Origin: Eledone cirrhosa
Taxonomy: Eukaryota
Length of the DNA: 64,000 nt
Assembly: GCA_964016885.1 (NCBI GenBank)
Contig: OZ024743.1
Coordinates: 71,114,001-71,178,000, forward strand
Direction: 5' to 3'
Positions within the stretch are counted from its first letter, which is position 1; each line of letters begins with the position of its first letter. A program made the position numbers and the translations under genes. Of the stretch, positions 53,430-64,000 are shown piece after piece. Below the pieces are notes generated by a model, which was not told the origin of the DNA, did no database searches, and saw only the letters and a program-made list of their open reading frames with translations.

Positions 53430-54455
53430 CAGAAGTCCCATTTACTGCTGAAATGGAAAACACAGAAAAAGCAAAGCAGGTAAAAGTAACTGCAAAGAAA
53501 GAACTGCTACAGAAACTGGCTAAGAAATGGCAAGAAAAGCCTCTGTATGGAAAATACCCAGAGCGAGCTAACAATCCTGATGTTGACAAAACTTTAACCC
53601 ATCAGTGGTTGGCATCCTCTGGACTGAAATCGGAGACTGAAGGACTGATTATATCGGCACAAGATCAGTGTCTGCCAACAAAAAATTACCAAGCCAACAT
53701 AATAAAAAATGGGTGCAGCCCATTATGCCGTGTATGCAAAAAACAACCAGAGACCATTGACCATATAATTTCAATGTGCAGTCCTATAGCTCCAACCGAA
53801 TACCTAAACAGGCATGACAGAGCTGCACAATACATACATTGGATAATGTGTAAGCATTTTGACCTGCCCCATCAAAAGAATTGGTGGGAGCATCAACCAC
53901 CTCCCATACTTGAAAAAGATCACATCTCAATCTTGTGGAACTTTAGCATCCAAACAGACCGAAAAATAGATGCAAACAGACCTGATATAATATTGAAAGA
54001 CTTTCAAAAGAGGGTATGCCTGCTAATTGATATGTCTGTTCCAATAGACAAGAATGTATCTATAAAAACATTTGAAAAATTGAGCAAGTATAAGGACCTG
54101 GAGATAGAAAGTGGAAAAATGTGGAAATTGAGAACTAAAACAATACCAGTGGTTGTAGGCGCTCTGGGAATGATACCTAAGGGGTCTAATGATTACATAT
54201 CGCAAATCCCAGGAAACCCGCGTATAGGAGAAATACAAAAGACAGTACTAATGGGAACTGCCCATATACTAAGGAAGATTCTGTCAATATAAGTACATCA
54301 CAAGTCTAAACACTAAAGATGCATGTGTGAATATGTATGTTCTTTCTTGAACATGGCGGACCTTGTTGTCTCTTGAGGTCACTGGTTGTGACTTGGTGAT
54401 AACTCGTATGAACATAAAGCAAGATAAATGCAACTGTAATAATAATAATAATAAT
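53430..54455 (+). mobile_element. 5'-truncated R4/Dong-like non-LTR retrotransposon with (TAA)n tail
   Basis: RLE-type ORF end, ~145-nt 3' UTR, (TAA)6 at 54438-54455. Confidence 0.85.
53453..54292 (+). CDS. C-terminal CCHC finger + restriction-like endonuclease of an RLE LINE (truncated; listed ATG is internal)
   Basis: CRVC..ETIDHIISMC, RHD, RPDII..LLIDMSVP..EKLSKYKDL, IPVVVGALG; uninterrupted frame. Confidence 0.9.
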   Translation: MENTEKAKQVKVTAKKELLQKLAKKWQEKPLYGKYPERANNPDVDKTLTHQWLASSGLKSETEGLIISAQDQCLPTKNYQANIIKNGCSPLCRVCKKQPETIDHIISMCSPIAPTEYLNRHDRAAQYIHWIMCKHFDLPHQKNWWEHQPPPILEKDHISILWNFSIQTDRKIDANRPDIILKDFQKRVCLLIDMSVPIDKNVSIKTFEKLSKYKDLEIESGKMWKLRTKTIPVVVGALGMIPKGSNDYISQIPGNPRIGEIQKTVLMGTAHILRKILSI

Positions 54456-54682
54456 GATTTCTTTATTAACCACAAGGTTTTACATAAAGTAGACATTAAG
54501 GACAGTACAGGACAATACAGGATGGTACAAATGGGCAAAAAATAACAATGAAAAATTCCCCAATAGGGGGGGGGGGGGGGGACGACGACTTCAGAAGGAC
54601 ATTTGTGGAGAAAGCCCAGTAAAAGGCCACAATGACCCTGACCACCAAGGCAAGTGCCCTCTCCCAGTTTTCCACCTTTAAT

Positions 54683-57600
54683 TTACAGATATATACTCAG
54701 AGTAGGCCCATTCACTCGGGCCATTCTTGCTTCTCTCACCCATCTTTCAACAAAATGCTGGGCAGAGAGCACTCCCCTCTCTACTCTGATTTTCCTTTTC
54801 AAATGAAATTTGAAAAAGTCAATCAGAGCATCACCGAAGAGGTAAGTGCTCGTCTTCAGCCCTTTCAAACGTATCCACCATACTATCTCTTTCGCCATGG
54901 CCACCAGACAGATAAAAACTGCCTGCCCTTCCCGGCTAAAGGAGGAGGGCGGGGCAATCCTCACGATGGACTCAGATGATAGCCGGATCCGTCCTAAACG
55001 CGACAGCAGGTATTCGACATAAACCCACAAGTCAGCAATTTTCGGACACTGGACGAGTGCGTGCAGGACGGTTTCGTCGCCCTGCGCGCATCTCGGCCAT
55101 GCCCGGCTGACGGCACCTCCATGCCTGTAGAGTTTATCCTGAACTAGCAAGGCTCCTCGGTAGCACTGCCAGGCCAGAGATTTCTGGAAGTTGTCCATAG
55201 GCCCCGGCCCGAAAGTTCTTCCGAAGAGATTGGCTAGTTGATTTTCGTCGACGCCTAGAGTTTCCCCAAGTACGTCGTCGCTCTTCCCCTCCACTAATCC
55301 TCTATAGAACGCCGAGGTGGAGTTTCCACCGATCACATTGCCCGATTGGTCGAGGGCTGTGAGCGCCTGAAGACATTCCAGTCTCCAGGCGCTCCCTCTC
55401 GGTCTTCGCTTGACCCAGGACTGCAGCTCCGTCAAGGAAACGAGCTGGGGAAATACGTGTCTAGCAAACGGCGACCACACCTGATCACCGTCGAGGAAGA
55501 GGTGGAGATGTCGTAGCCTGAGCGCGTGCTGCGCATCATCAGCCACGGCACGCCCAGCCCTCCACGTAGCGGGTGTTGACAACAGATGGACCGCCTGACC
55601 ATCGGAGCGCGTCCCTTCCACAAAAAGCGAAAGAGCAAACGCTCCAGGCTTAGGACAAGGTACGACGGTCAGGCGGTAGCAGATGACAGACGCGATGTAC
55701 GCGTTAGCCACCTCCGCTCTACCTTTCAGGGATAGCTTCCTCTCCGCCCATTTCTGGGTGAGAGATGCCACCCTGCTCGTCACCTCGTCCCAGTTTTTGT
55801 CCGTCTGGAGGTGCGGACCGAACCAGACCCCTAGCAATTTAACCGGTCCGTCCGTCCAGCGTCCGACGACGCTGTTGGACGGCATGGACCTGCCTCTCCA
55901 GGTGCCGAGCTGCAGGCCCACTGACTTTTCCTGGTTGATCATTGCTCCTGTCACCGCTTCGTATTCTTTTAGTGTAGTGCCGATCGCCTCGATGTGTTTG
56001 GCGTTCGACACCACTACGGTGACATCGTCCGCATATGCTGACACGGATCTTCCGCATCCTAGTTCGCGCGGGACGCCCCTCAACGTCTCCAGTTTGTGCA
56101 GTAATGGCTCGAGAGTCAATACGTACAAGAGGGACGAGAGGGGACATCCTTGGCGGACCGAGCGCATGATGTTGAACGGTTCCGACAGGTGACCGTTCAC
56201 TCTCACCACAGAGCAGATGTCGCTGTGCATGGCAGCGATCCAGCCTCTGAAGACGGGCCCAAAACCAGCCGCCCTCAGGACTGCCGCTAGGTAACGATGC
56301 TCGACCCTATCGAAAGCTTTCGACTGATCTAAATTGATCAAGGACCCACCCGTGCCAGGTTCCCTAGCTACCCTCTCTACGATGTATCGCATGAGGTGGA
56401 GGTTGTCGTGGATGGATCTGTCGGGAATGGCGCATGTCTGCGCCTCTCCCACCAGACCACCAACGACAAGCGCCAACCTCTTTGCTAGCAAAGTTATGGG
56501 CCGGAAATTATCTATGTTATCCCCCTTGTTCGGATCCTTTCTCAGCAGTGCCACCGCTCCTCGGCTCACAGAACTGGGAATTCTCCCGTTCTGTTGCCAG
56601 TTGCAGTAGACGTCCGCCAAGAGGCCTCCGAACAAGTCTGGCATTTGTACGTAAAGTTCATAGGGCAAACCATCCAAACCAGGCGATTTACCCTTGTGCA
56701 GCCAGTCATTGCCTCCCTTACTTCAGTGGCTGTTATCGGCTTTTCGCAACACTTCGCCTCAGTGGCCGAGAGCCGCGGCAGTCCGTCAAGGTAGACACTA
56801 AAGTCCATCCCTCGACCCGGCCCACCGCTGCCCCCGAACAGCTGAGCGAAGTGTCGCTGAAAAGCTTCACACATTTGCCCGGGATCGAGTAGCATGCGCC
56901 CGTCGTGGTCCACCAAAGACCGGATCGTGGCTTTGTTGCCACGACGCGCCTCCGCCACTCGGGCCCATTGAACGGCTTTCGTCCCCTCGTGTCTGAGAGC
57001 ACGCACCCTAGCTCTGACAACGCAGCCTTCATGATTTGCATTGAAGAATTGGTCAAGGGCCAATTTCGCCGCCAGCACGTCGGTCGCAATGCCTTTGCTA
57101 AGCGCCTCGTCTAATTTTTTAACTAGTTCTCCCTCTGCTCTATTTTTCTCTATTGCTAAAGCCTTACTAAACCTAATGGATTCTATTCTAATCGCTCTTT
57201 TCAGAGCAAACCACCACTTGTTGTTGACGATGCCCCCCGTCAACGCCCGCTTAACTAGTTCGCTAATCCGGTCTCTGTAGGCCTTGCGCGCTGGTAAGGA
57301 CGCGTTTAGCTTCCAGTAGCCGGGTCCTCGTCTATGAAGCCTATCTAAGTCAAGCACACAGATCACGAATTTGTGGTCCGTGTAGCTGACTATCTTGAAT
57401 CGTGGACAGCCTATGCTAGACCTATCTATTTCCCTACAAAATACTCTATCTAGATATGATCTGGATGACCCTATACGATTTGTCCAAGTCCACATTGACA
57501 CATTCGGGAAATCCAATCGGTACCTGTCAGACAGTTCAAAACGCCTGAGCAGGTTAGTGAGGCTCTTGCACCCTCCACCCCTATCCGCTAATCCCACACA

Positions 57601-58033
57601 GTCCCAGCGTGCATCTAAGATCCCGTTCCAGTCGCCCACTAACAAGAAAGGTCTCCAGACGCCGGAAGAAATCAGGCTGCCCTGCTCCTGTCGGGGCATA
57701 GACGGCCACTAGCCTGAAAGCTTGCCCGTCTCCGCTGGTCACGTCCAGCACCACCAGCTTACCCTCTGGGTCGAGGAAGATGGCCCGTATGGCGAGATCC
57801 AAACCTCTCCGAAAAAGCACAGCAACTCCTCCCCCCGATCCAGGACGGCTGGGAGATGCGTACACATCGTAGCCGCCGAAGATCGGTGCGAAGGCCCGTG
57901 CTTCGGAGATTCTGGTCTCGCTGATGGCCACTACATCTATGTTTAGTGACCTGAGGTCGTTGAGCAGGTGACCCTGCTTCCATGACGACCCCAAGCCACG
58001 CGCATTTATGCTGCCTATTCTTAGTGAGATCAT
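54683..58033 (-). pseudogene. ORF2: APE endonuclease + reverse transcriptase + zf-RVT, frameshifted
   Basis: SINARGL, ISETR, VAVYAP, GDWN, SYLDR, YTDH; FRPITLL, LDQSKAFDRV, VRQGCPLS, YADD; ETVLHALVQCP; ~4 frameshifts. Confidence 0.95.
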
Positions 58034-58068
58034 GTTTAAAATAGAGTGGAAAAGATGGGAAAGACCAC

Positions 58069-60155
58069 TTACCGTACTTTTCGTAGAGGAGGGATGGTTT
58101 TTACATCCCTTTTCACTTGATCGTCTGGTGAAGGGACCGTTGAATCGTCCCTTCGGCTGGTCGTCGGCTCTTCTATGAGTATGTCCGAATATAATCTTCG
58201 ATTGATAGTTCCTCCTAGGTCCCTGAAATCACCAACTGCGTTGGGGAATTTCGTTTTAATGTTTGTGTATTGTTTCTGTGCTATTTTTAGCAGTCTTATG
58301 TTAGTTGGCGTTTTGATTGGTGCTGGTATTATGTAGTCGTGTTGTGAAATGTCTGTGTGTTCAATTATGTAAGTCATTAGTTTCTTGTTGTGTGTATTTA
58401 TTGCCGTGTATTTGTTTTTCTGGGGGTGGGGTGTGGTTCTGCTATTTTCTTGTCGTTGTTGCTGGGTGTGTGTGTTTTGTTGTTGTGTTTGCGATGTTGG
58501 TGCTTGTGGTGGTGGTGTTGAAGGTGTTGTTGGCGGTGGGGTTGTCGCCGGTGGTGATGGTGGTGCTAGTGAGGGTGGTGATGGTGTTGGTGGTGTTGCT
58601 GCTGTGAGTCTCTTTGCAGTAGACTTTATCCTTTTCTCATTTCTTTCCTCCCTTTTCAAAGGCGACGATGCGCTGCTTCTGCGTTTGTGCCTTCTTACGA
58701 CCTTTTGCCATCCCTCTCCCACCTCACACTCCATGTATGATTCTGTGAGGTCGGGGAGGGGTACCAGCTCCACTCTTTCACTTGTTGTTGTTGGTGATGT
58801 TTGCACTGGAGTCTCTGTTGCAGCTGCATTTGGTATTGCTGTTGTTGTTAATACTTCCACTGCTGCTGCTGTTTTTGATTTCCGTGGCGTGGGTATGGGT
58901 GCCACGGACCTATCGTTCCTGGTTGCCGCTTGTCCTATTGCTGGTAGCCGTGGAGCCGGTTTCGGAAGGAGGGGGGGTTTTCTCCTTTCTCAGGGTCTTC
59001 TCGTTGCAGAAGGCCCTGAGGTGAGTCTTCGATCCACAGCGAAAGCATTTCGGGCGTTTGCCCTCAACACTTATGGGCAGTTGAGTGCCGTTATCGAAGT
59101 CTATCACATCTGGGATAGCTTCGATGCACTCCTGGTTGGTTTGGATTAACATCTCAATGGAGGTGCCTACTCAATCTTCTCTTACTTTTTTCTGTACTTG
59201 CAGTACAGTTGTTTTGTCCTCGATTCCGACGAGGACAGACGCGGCCAGCTAAGAAGGGGCCATCCCGGGGGGGACGTGGGTCAGCTTGACCCTCACAATT
59301 TTTTGCCCGCAGTAGGAGGGCACCAACACCATTTCCTCGCTCCTTAGGGTCACTACGGATTGAGCCTTTGCCTCCTGGGGTGTGGCAAAAAGTACGTCTA
59401 CGGTGGCATATTTTTTGCCTCGGGTGATGTGCGTTTTCCGCTGCCACACAGACCCCAAGGCTTTTTGTATTTGAGCCTCTGTGGCTCTTTCAACCCTACG
59501 GGATTTTGTACTTACTGTACGGTACGTGACCGTACAATGCTGTTGGGTTTCGAAAAATTTTTCCGCTGCCTTGCAGATTGCTCGGTGTCCAGTCTTTGTC
59601 ACCATCTTCTTCGCTTCCTCTAATTCCTCATTTGTTATGAGGATTGTTTCCAGGTTCTTCGCGATACCTGCAAACGAGATTGGTTTTTCTTTGCTGCCGT
59701 TGTTGTTGTTGTCGTCAGAGCTGCTGTTACTTTTGTTGTTGCTGCAGGTACTACGACTACTGCCTCCGCCGCTGTTGCTGTGGTTGTTGTTGGTGTTGCT
59801 GCTGCTAATGCTGTTGTTGTTTATGCTGCTGGTGATGCTGTTGCGGCTGCTACTGTTGTTTTCATTGTCCCTGTTGCTGCTGTTATTACGGCTGCTACTG
59901 CTATTATTCCTGACGTCAGACGAATGAAATGGGTTTTCGTATTTCCCGCACACCTGTTTCGTCGTTGTCGTCGTCTTGCACGCTTTGCACGAGACTTTTC
60001 TTTTCTGTCGTCGCTTGCGAAAGAGAAGGGAGGGAGAGAGACACATTTAAAGAAGGGAGGGAGAGAGACAATCTTCTCTCTGCTGTAGTGACGATTGAGG
60101 AAAAAGAAGACGGAATGAGTGGGAGTGACCTATGCAAATTCTTTTTCGTAGCCAT
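58069..60155 (-). pseudogene. ORF1 (gag-like, CCHC zinc knuckle), disrupted
   Basis: ATG at 60155; CFRCGSKTHLRAFC knuckle; in-frame TAG and TGA and frameshifts; ends 35 nt before ORF2. Confidence 0.85.
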
Positions 60156-60371
60156 GTTGTTTTTTTTTGTTTAAAATAAATATTGGGCACAAAACCCCAA
60201 TAAGCAGTTATTTAACCCCAAAGGGCCAAATAACGGGCAGAAAGACCCCTCTCACGAGGAGGAGGGTGTTTTTGTCTACAAGTTCGTTAAAGTTTTAAAC
60301 AATTTACAATTGTTATAGCGTTCAAAATTTACAATACCTTACAGAGCCGAGCCTCCGTCAACCATAGCATT

Positions 60372-60632
60372 CCCACTGTTCATTTTACTGATGTTTGTGC
60401 ATTGCCCTATGTACTGTACATGCACTTTTTGATGAGTTGTGGTGCACCTGGGCACTGTACACAATATTTCATTATTGTTATTATTATTATATCATGACTC
60501 ATACACTGTTCATTTTCCTGACGTTTGTACATTATTCTATGTACTATACATGCACCTTTGATGAGTTGTAGTGCACCTGAGCACTGTACACAATAATTTC
60601 ATTATTATAATAATAATAATAATAATAATAAT
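60372..60632 (+). mobile_element. Two tandem copies of the CR1/L2-like 3' UTR with (ATT)n tails
   Basis: ctatgtact.tacatgcac.tttgatgagttgt.gtgcacctg.gcactgtacacaata twice; reverse of 10468-10570. Confidence 0.75.
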
Positions 60633-60792
60633 TAATAGCAAAACTATTTTTTCAGGCTGTGGTATTTAATACGTTTGTGTATGTTAGTATGGAATTCCGT
60701 GGCTGGATCACTGACAACGAGGTTCTTGTCATTATTTAAGGCTTACCTTACAATGTTAATCTCGTAGTGTTAATCTCGTAATACTGTGAGTG

Positions 60793-61255
60793 TGAAGCGA
60801 AGCTGATTAGTAGTTATCACTAGAAGAAATAACACGAATAGCTGGTTAACTTATGATATAAAAGATTTACTTCACTTCACAAATGAACAAAGAATAGGTT
60901 ACTAAGAGTTATAACGGTGGAAGATGTTTTTGACGTTGCTTCATGATGCTGGTGTAGTCTGTGGTCAGAGGTGAGAAGTCTGTAGAGTAGGAGAGAGAGA
61001 GTAAAGGTCTGTAGAAGTCTGTAGACCCCCAAGGGCCTGTAGTTAGAGGTGAATGTTTTACATAGTTATTCTCTCGCGTACTGCTCCGATCTCTTTTGCT
61101 TGGTCTGATACAGGCTGATACCTGTCGTTTTCTGTTTCTCGCCTCGAGGGATCGCCCACGCATGAACCTCTTTACGCCGAAAAGGAGGTGACCCGAACCG
61201 AAATTTGAGATTTCTGTGTCACCCAGGGTTCAAGGTGTGGACAGATTTCGCTACA
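60793..61255 (-). mobile_element. Solo LTR related to the 17158-19751 element
   Basis: Minus strand starts TGTAGCGAAATCTGTCCACACCTTGAAC, ends TTCGCTTCA; TSD AGTG at 60789-60792 and 61256-61259. Confidence 0.88.
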
Positions 61256-61283
61256 AGTGTGTTAGTTTGTATACATTATTAGA

Positions 61284-61475
61284 TCGGTGGATTGGCAGTA
61301 TCGGTAGAGAGTCGGACACCATGCTTTGAAGCATGGAGTTACGTCCCTTTATGATCTGAGTTCAAATGCCGCCGAGGTTAACTTTGCCTTTCATCCTTAC
61401 GGGGTCGATAAAATAAAGTACCAGTAATGTACTGGGTAATTGCTGGCCTTGTGCCTAAAATAGAAACAATTATTA
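61284..61475 (+). mobile_element. Nin-type SINE, short subfamily
   Basis: A box tggcagtatcgg, B box gagttcaaatgc, Nin-like core. Confidence 0.92.
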
Positions 61476-62143
61476 GATTGAATCTTTTACCACTTGTTAA
61501 TTGAAAACAAATTTTCTAATATAAATTTTGTTTATTTCTATGCATAGTTATTTGAAATACACATATGAAGGTATTTTTGTTATAATAAATGCAGTCATTT
61601 TAGATACTTTTGTAAAAGTTGGGTTATGCAATAAATAATAATTTTAAATATTAATAAATTTCAAAAACGAAAAACTATAGTTTTTTCTAGCATTTCTTGA
61701 ATAGAATTTACAGTTAGTAATAACAGAAATTAGATGGCTGGGTTAAAAAGCAAGAAAGAAAAAAAAGAAAAATATCGAAAAAACTAGAAAATTGCCTAAG
61801 ATATCAAGCATTAAAACATTTTTCTGGCGTTTATTTCAAGGGACATTACTCTGTCCTAACTTACTAAATTTTAAGAGTATTGTCCCTTGAATTTTTTTTT
61901 TTAGCTATTACTTAAGGGCAAATATATTCGGCAGTTCTCTATCTCTTTCCAGTCTGTAGGCCACAACTGTATTATTACCAGACACGAAGTTTACAATTTT
62001 CCTGAGAAATAAAATACGATGTTGTGACGTTCATACTTCTCCAAGACATATTCCTCAAGTTTACAAGATGTTATATTTTATGATGCATTATCAACACTAC
62101 AAAATTAACCTGTTTACTTCATCACACTTCATTTCGCTTCCCC

Positions 62144-62145
<2 letters not shown>

Positions 62146-62218
<73 letters not shown>

Positions 62219-62631
62219 GTGTGTATGTATGTGTGTGTGTATGTGTGTGTATGCATGTATGCGTGTATGTGTGTGTGTATGTGAGTGTATGTATGCATGT
62301 GTGTGTGTATGTATGTATATGTATGTGTGTATGTATGTATGTGTGTGTGTATGTATGTGTCTGTGTGTGTGTGTATATATGTGTGTGTAGATGTATGTGT
62401 GTATATGTATGTATGATTGTGTGTATGTGTATGTGTGTGTATATATATGTATGTATGTATGTATTTGTGTATGTATGTATGTGTGTATGTGTGCGTATTT
62501 ATGTATGTATGTATGTATGTATGTGTGTGTGTATGTATGTGTGTGTGTGTATGTATGTGTGTGTATGTGTGTATGTATGTATGTATGTGTGTAAGTATGT
62601 ATGTATGTGTGTATGCATGCATGTGTGTGTG

Positions 62632-62667
<36 letters not shown>

Positions 62668-62754
62668 TGTATGTATGTATGTGTGTGTGCGTATATATAT
62701 GTATGTATGTATGTATGTGTGTATGTATGTATGTATGTATATGCGTGTGTGTGT
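62146..62754. repeat. (TG)n/(TATG)n microsatellite
   Basis: Direct reading. Confidence 0.97.
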
Positions 62755-62769
62755 TGGACGTAGTGAAGA

Positions 62770-63035
62770 GACATCGTATAGTGGTTAAGGTATTCGGTTC
62801 ATGATCATAAGGTCGTGAGTTCGATTCCCGGCGGCGCATTTTGACCTTTGCTTTAGTCCGCTACACTGGTAGAAATAAGTTGTACTTGTGATTCAAAGAA
62901 TCGGCCTTGTCATGTACTTGTCATACTGAATCTCCCTGAGAACTATGTTTAGGGTACACGTACCTGTTAATTTCACGAGCAGTTCTGTTGATTAACAACT
63001 GGAACACTCGTCGTCGGAAACAACGGAGGTCCATT
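62770..63035 (+). mobile_element. tRNA-derived SINE
   Basis: tatagtggttaagg A box, gagttcgattccc B box, non-tRNA body shared with 10700-10775. Confidence 0.75.
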
Positions 63036-63062
63036 AATACAGACACGAATAAAATATAGACC

Positions 63063-63342
63063 GAGCTGGTCCTGTCTGTATCATATGCAAATTACCTGCT
63101 CTAGTTTGTATCATATGCAAATGAGCTGGTCAAGTTTGTACCATATGGAAATTACCTGGTCGAGTTTGTACCATATGTAAGTTACCTGGTCGAGTTGGTA
63201 TCATATGCAAATGAAATGAGCTGGTCGAGCTTGTACTATATGCAAATAAGCTGGTAGAATTTGTACCGTATGCAAATGAGCTGGTTGAGTCTGTACCATA
63301 TGCAAACGAGCTGTTCCAGTTTGTACTATATGCAAATGAGCA
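63063..63342. repeat. 30-bp minisatellite, ~9 copies
   Basis: ctggtcgagtttgtaccatatgcaaatgag at 63066, 63096... Confidence 0.92.
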
Positions 63343-63472
63343 TCTCCAGCTAATGTGTTACAAGACAAAAAGACCCCCCCCAAAAAAAAAAAACCAACAA
63401 CAACCCCAAACCGAAACAAAACAACAATAATAGCAAACAACAACAACAACAACAACGACAAAAACATGTAAA

Positions 63473-63562
63473 CTGTCTCAGTTCTGAGTGAGAAAACGTC
63501 ACCGACATCGGATGAAACTGCAGAAACACGTGTCTGACGTTTTCACACGGCTACTGAGATAG
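63473..63562 (+). ncRNA. Minimal type I hammerhead-like motif with long helix I
   Basis: CGGATGA (63509), GAAAC-ACGT-GTC (63523-63534); gtgagaaaacgtca/tgacgttttcacac and ctgtctcagt/actgagatag pair. Confidence 0.55.
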
Positions 63563-63579
63563 CTGTGACATCATCACAG

Positions 63580-63812
63580 CTTCTTCTTCTTCTTCTTCTT
63601 ACTGATGAGAGGGCCCTCATGGAGGCAGGGTCCTCAAACACTCCCTCCAGTGTATCCTGCCATAAGCCACCGTCTCCAACTGATCCGACCGGATCCCCAA
63701 GTGAGACCAGCCAAGCTCGTGGATGTTATTCAGCCATCTTGCTCGCGGTCTACCCACGGGTCTCCTACTAGTTGGTTTTGCCCGTAAAATCTGTCTAGTG
63801 ACTCTTTCCAGC
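63580..63812 (-). mobile_element. RTE-clade (Expander-like) LINE 3' end with (AAG)n tail
   Basis: ERVTRQILRAKPTSRRPVGRPRARW..LGWSHLGI..WRECLRTLPP*. Confidence 0.85.
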
Positions 63813-64000
63813 TTAAAACTATAGTAAAACTCATGTATGTTTATTACATATAGATATATCGTATATATATTCGTATACATTTCTATTATCTCTTCTTATG
63901 TCTTTTATATATACACCCTCACCATTTTAAGGCCCCCATCGGTCACCAATGACCATAGTTTTGTACCTAGAAAGTTTCCCTTCGAGGCACAAACCTGGAC

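Larger units (their letters stand above)
54456..60360 (-). mobile_element. Near full-length decayed Tx1/L1-clade LINE
   Basis: 5' UTR, ORF1, ORF2, 3' UTR with AATAAA and (ATT)n tail; 5' boundary approximate, no TSD found. Confidence 0.92.

Noticed and set aside
55683-60174. Plus-strand ORFs over the Tx1 element
   Set aside because: Antisense shadows of GC-rich or low-complexity coding sequence
61284-62835. tRNA genes
   Set aside because: A/B boxes continue into SINE bodies; no complete cloverleaf
62068-62839. CVCV/THTH ORFs
   Set aside because: Microsatellite
63601-63625. CTGATGAG as a ribozyme core
   Set aside because: No matching GAAA/UH; lies in the RTE 3' UTR

Overview
Eukaryotic, repeat-saturated DNA with no confidently identifiable host gene. 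The tRNA-headed SINEs, (TA)n/(TG)n tracts and LINE families resemble octopus (coleoid cephalopod) repeats; this is recognition, not a database result. 1-21 kb is a nested mosaic: many Nin-domain-type SINEs, a non-autonomous Helitron, a Buster-type hAT remnant with intact TIRs and 8-bp TSD, TTAA MITEs, RTE and CR1-like LINE 3' ends, long fold-back sequences, decayed hammerhead-like motifs and a two-LTR non-coding retroelement with TSD. 21.4-53.0 kb is a near-continuous block of four unrelated tandem arrays (53-bp, CCA/CGA, 8-bp, and a 22.7-kb 39-bp satellite with higher-order structure and a stop-free frame). 53-64 kb holds an RTE fragment, a 5'-truncated R4/Dong-like LINE lying tail-to-tail with a near full-length decayed Tx1/L1 LINE, a solo LTR related to the 17-kb element, more SINEs and micro/minisatellites. 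Nearly all long ORFs in the track are repeat artefacts. I see no demonstrably new biological system; the best leads are the 39-bp satellite, the LTR element whose two LTRs both lack the terminal CA, the tail-to-tail LINE pair and the ribozyme-like/hairpin inserts.
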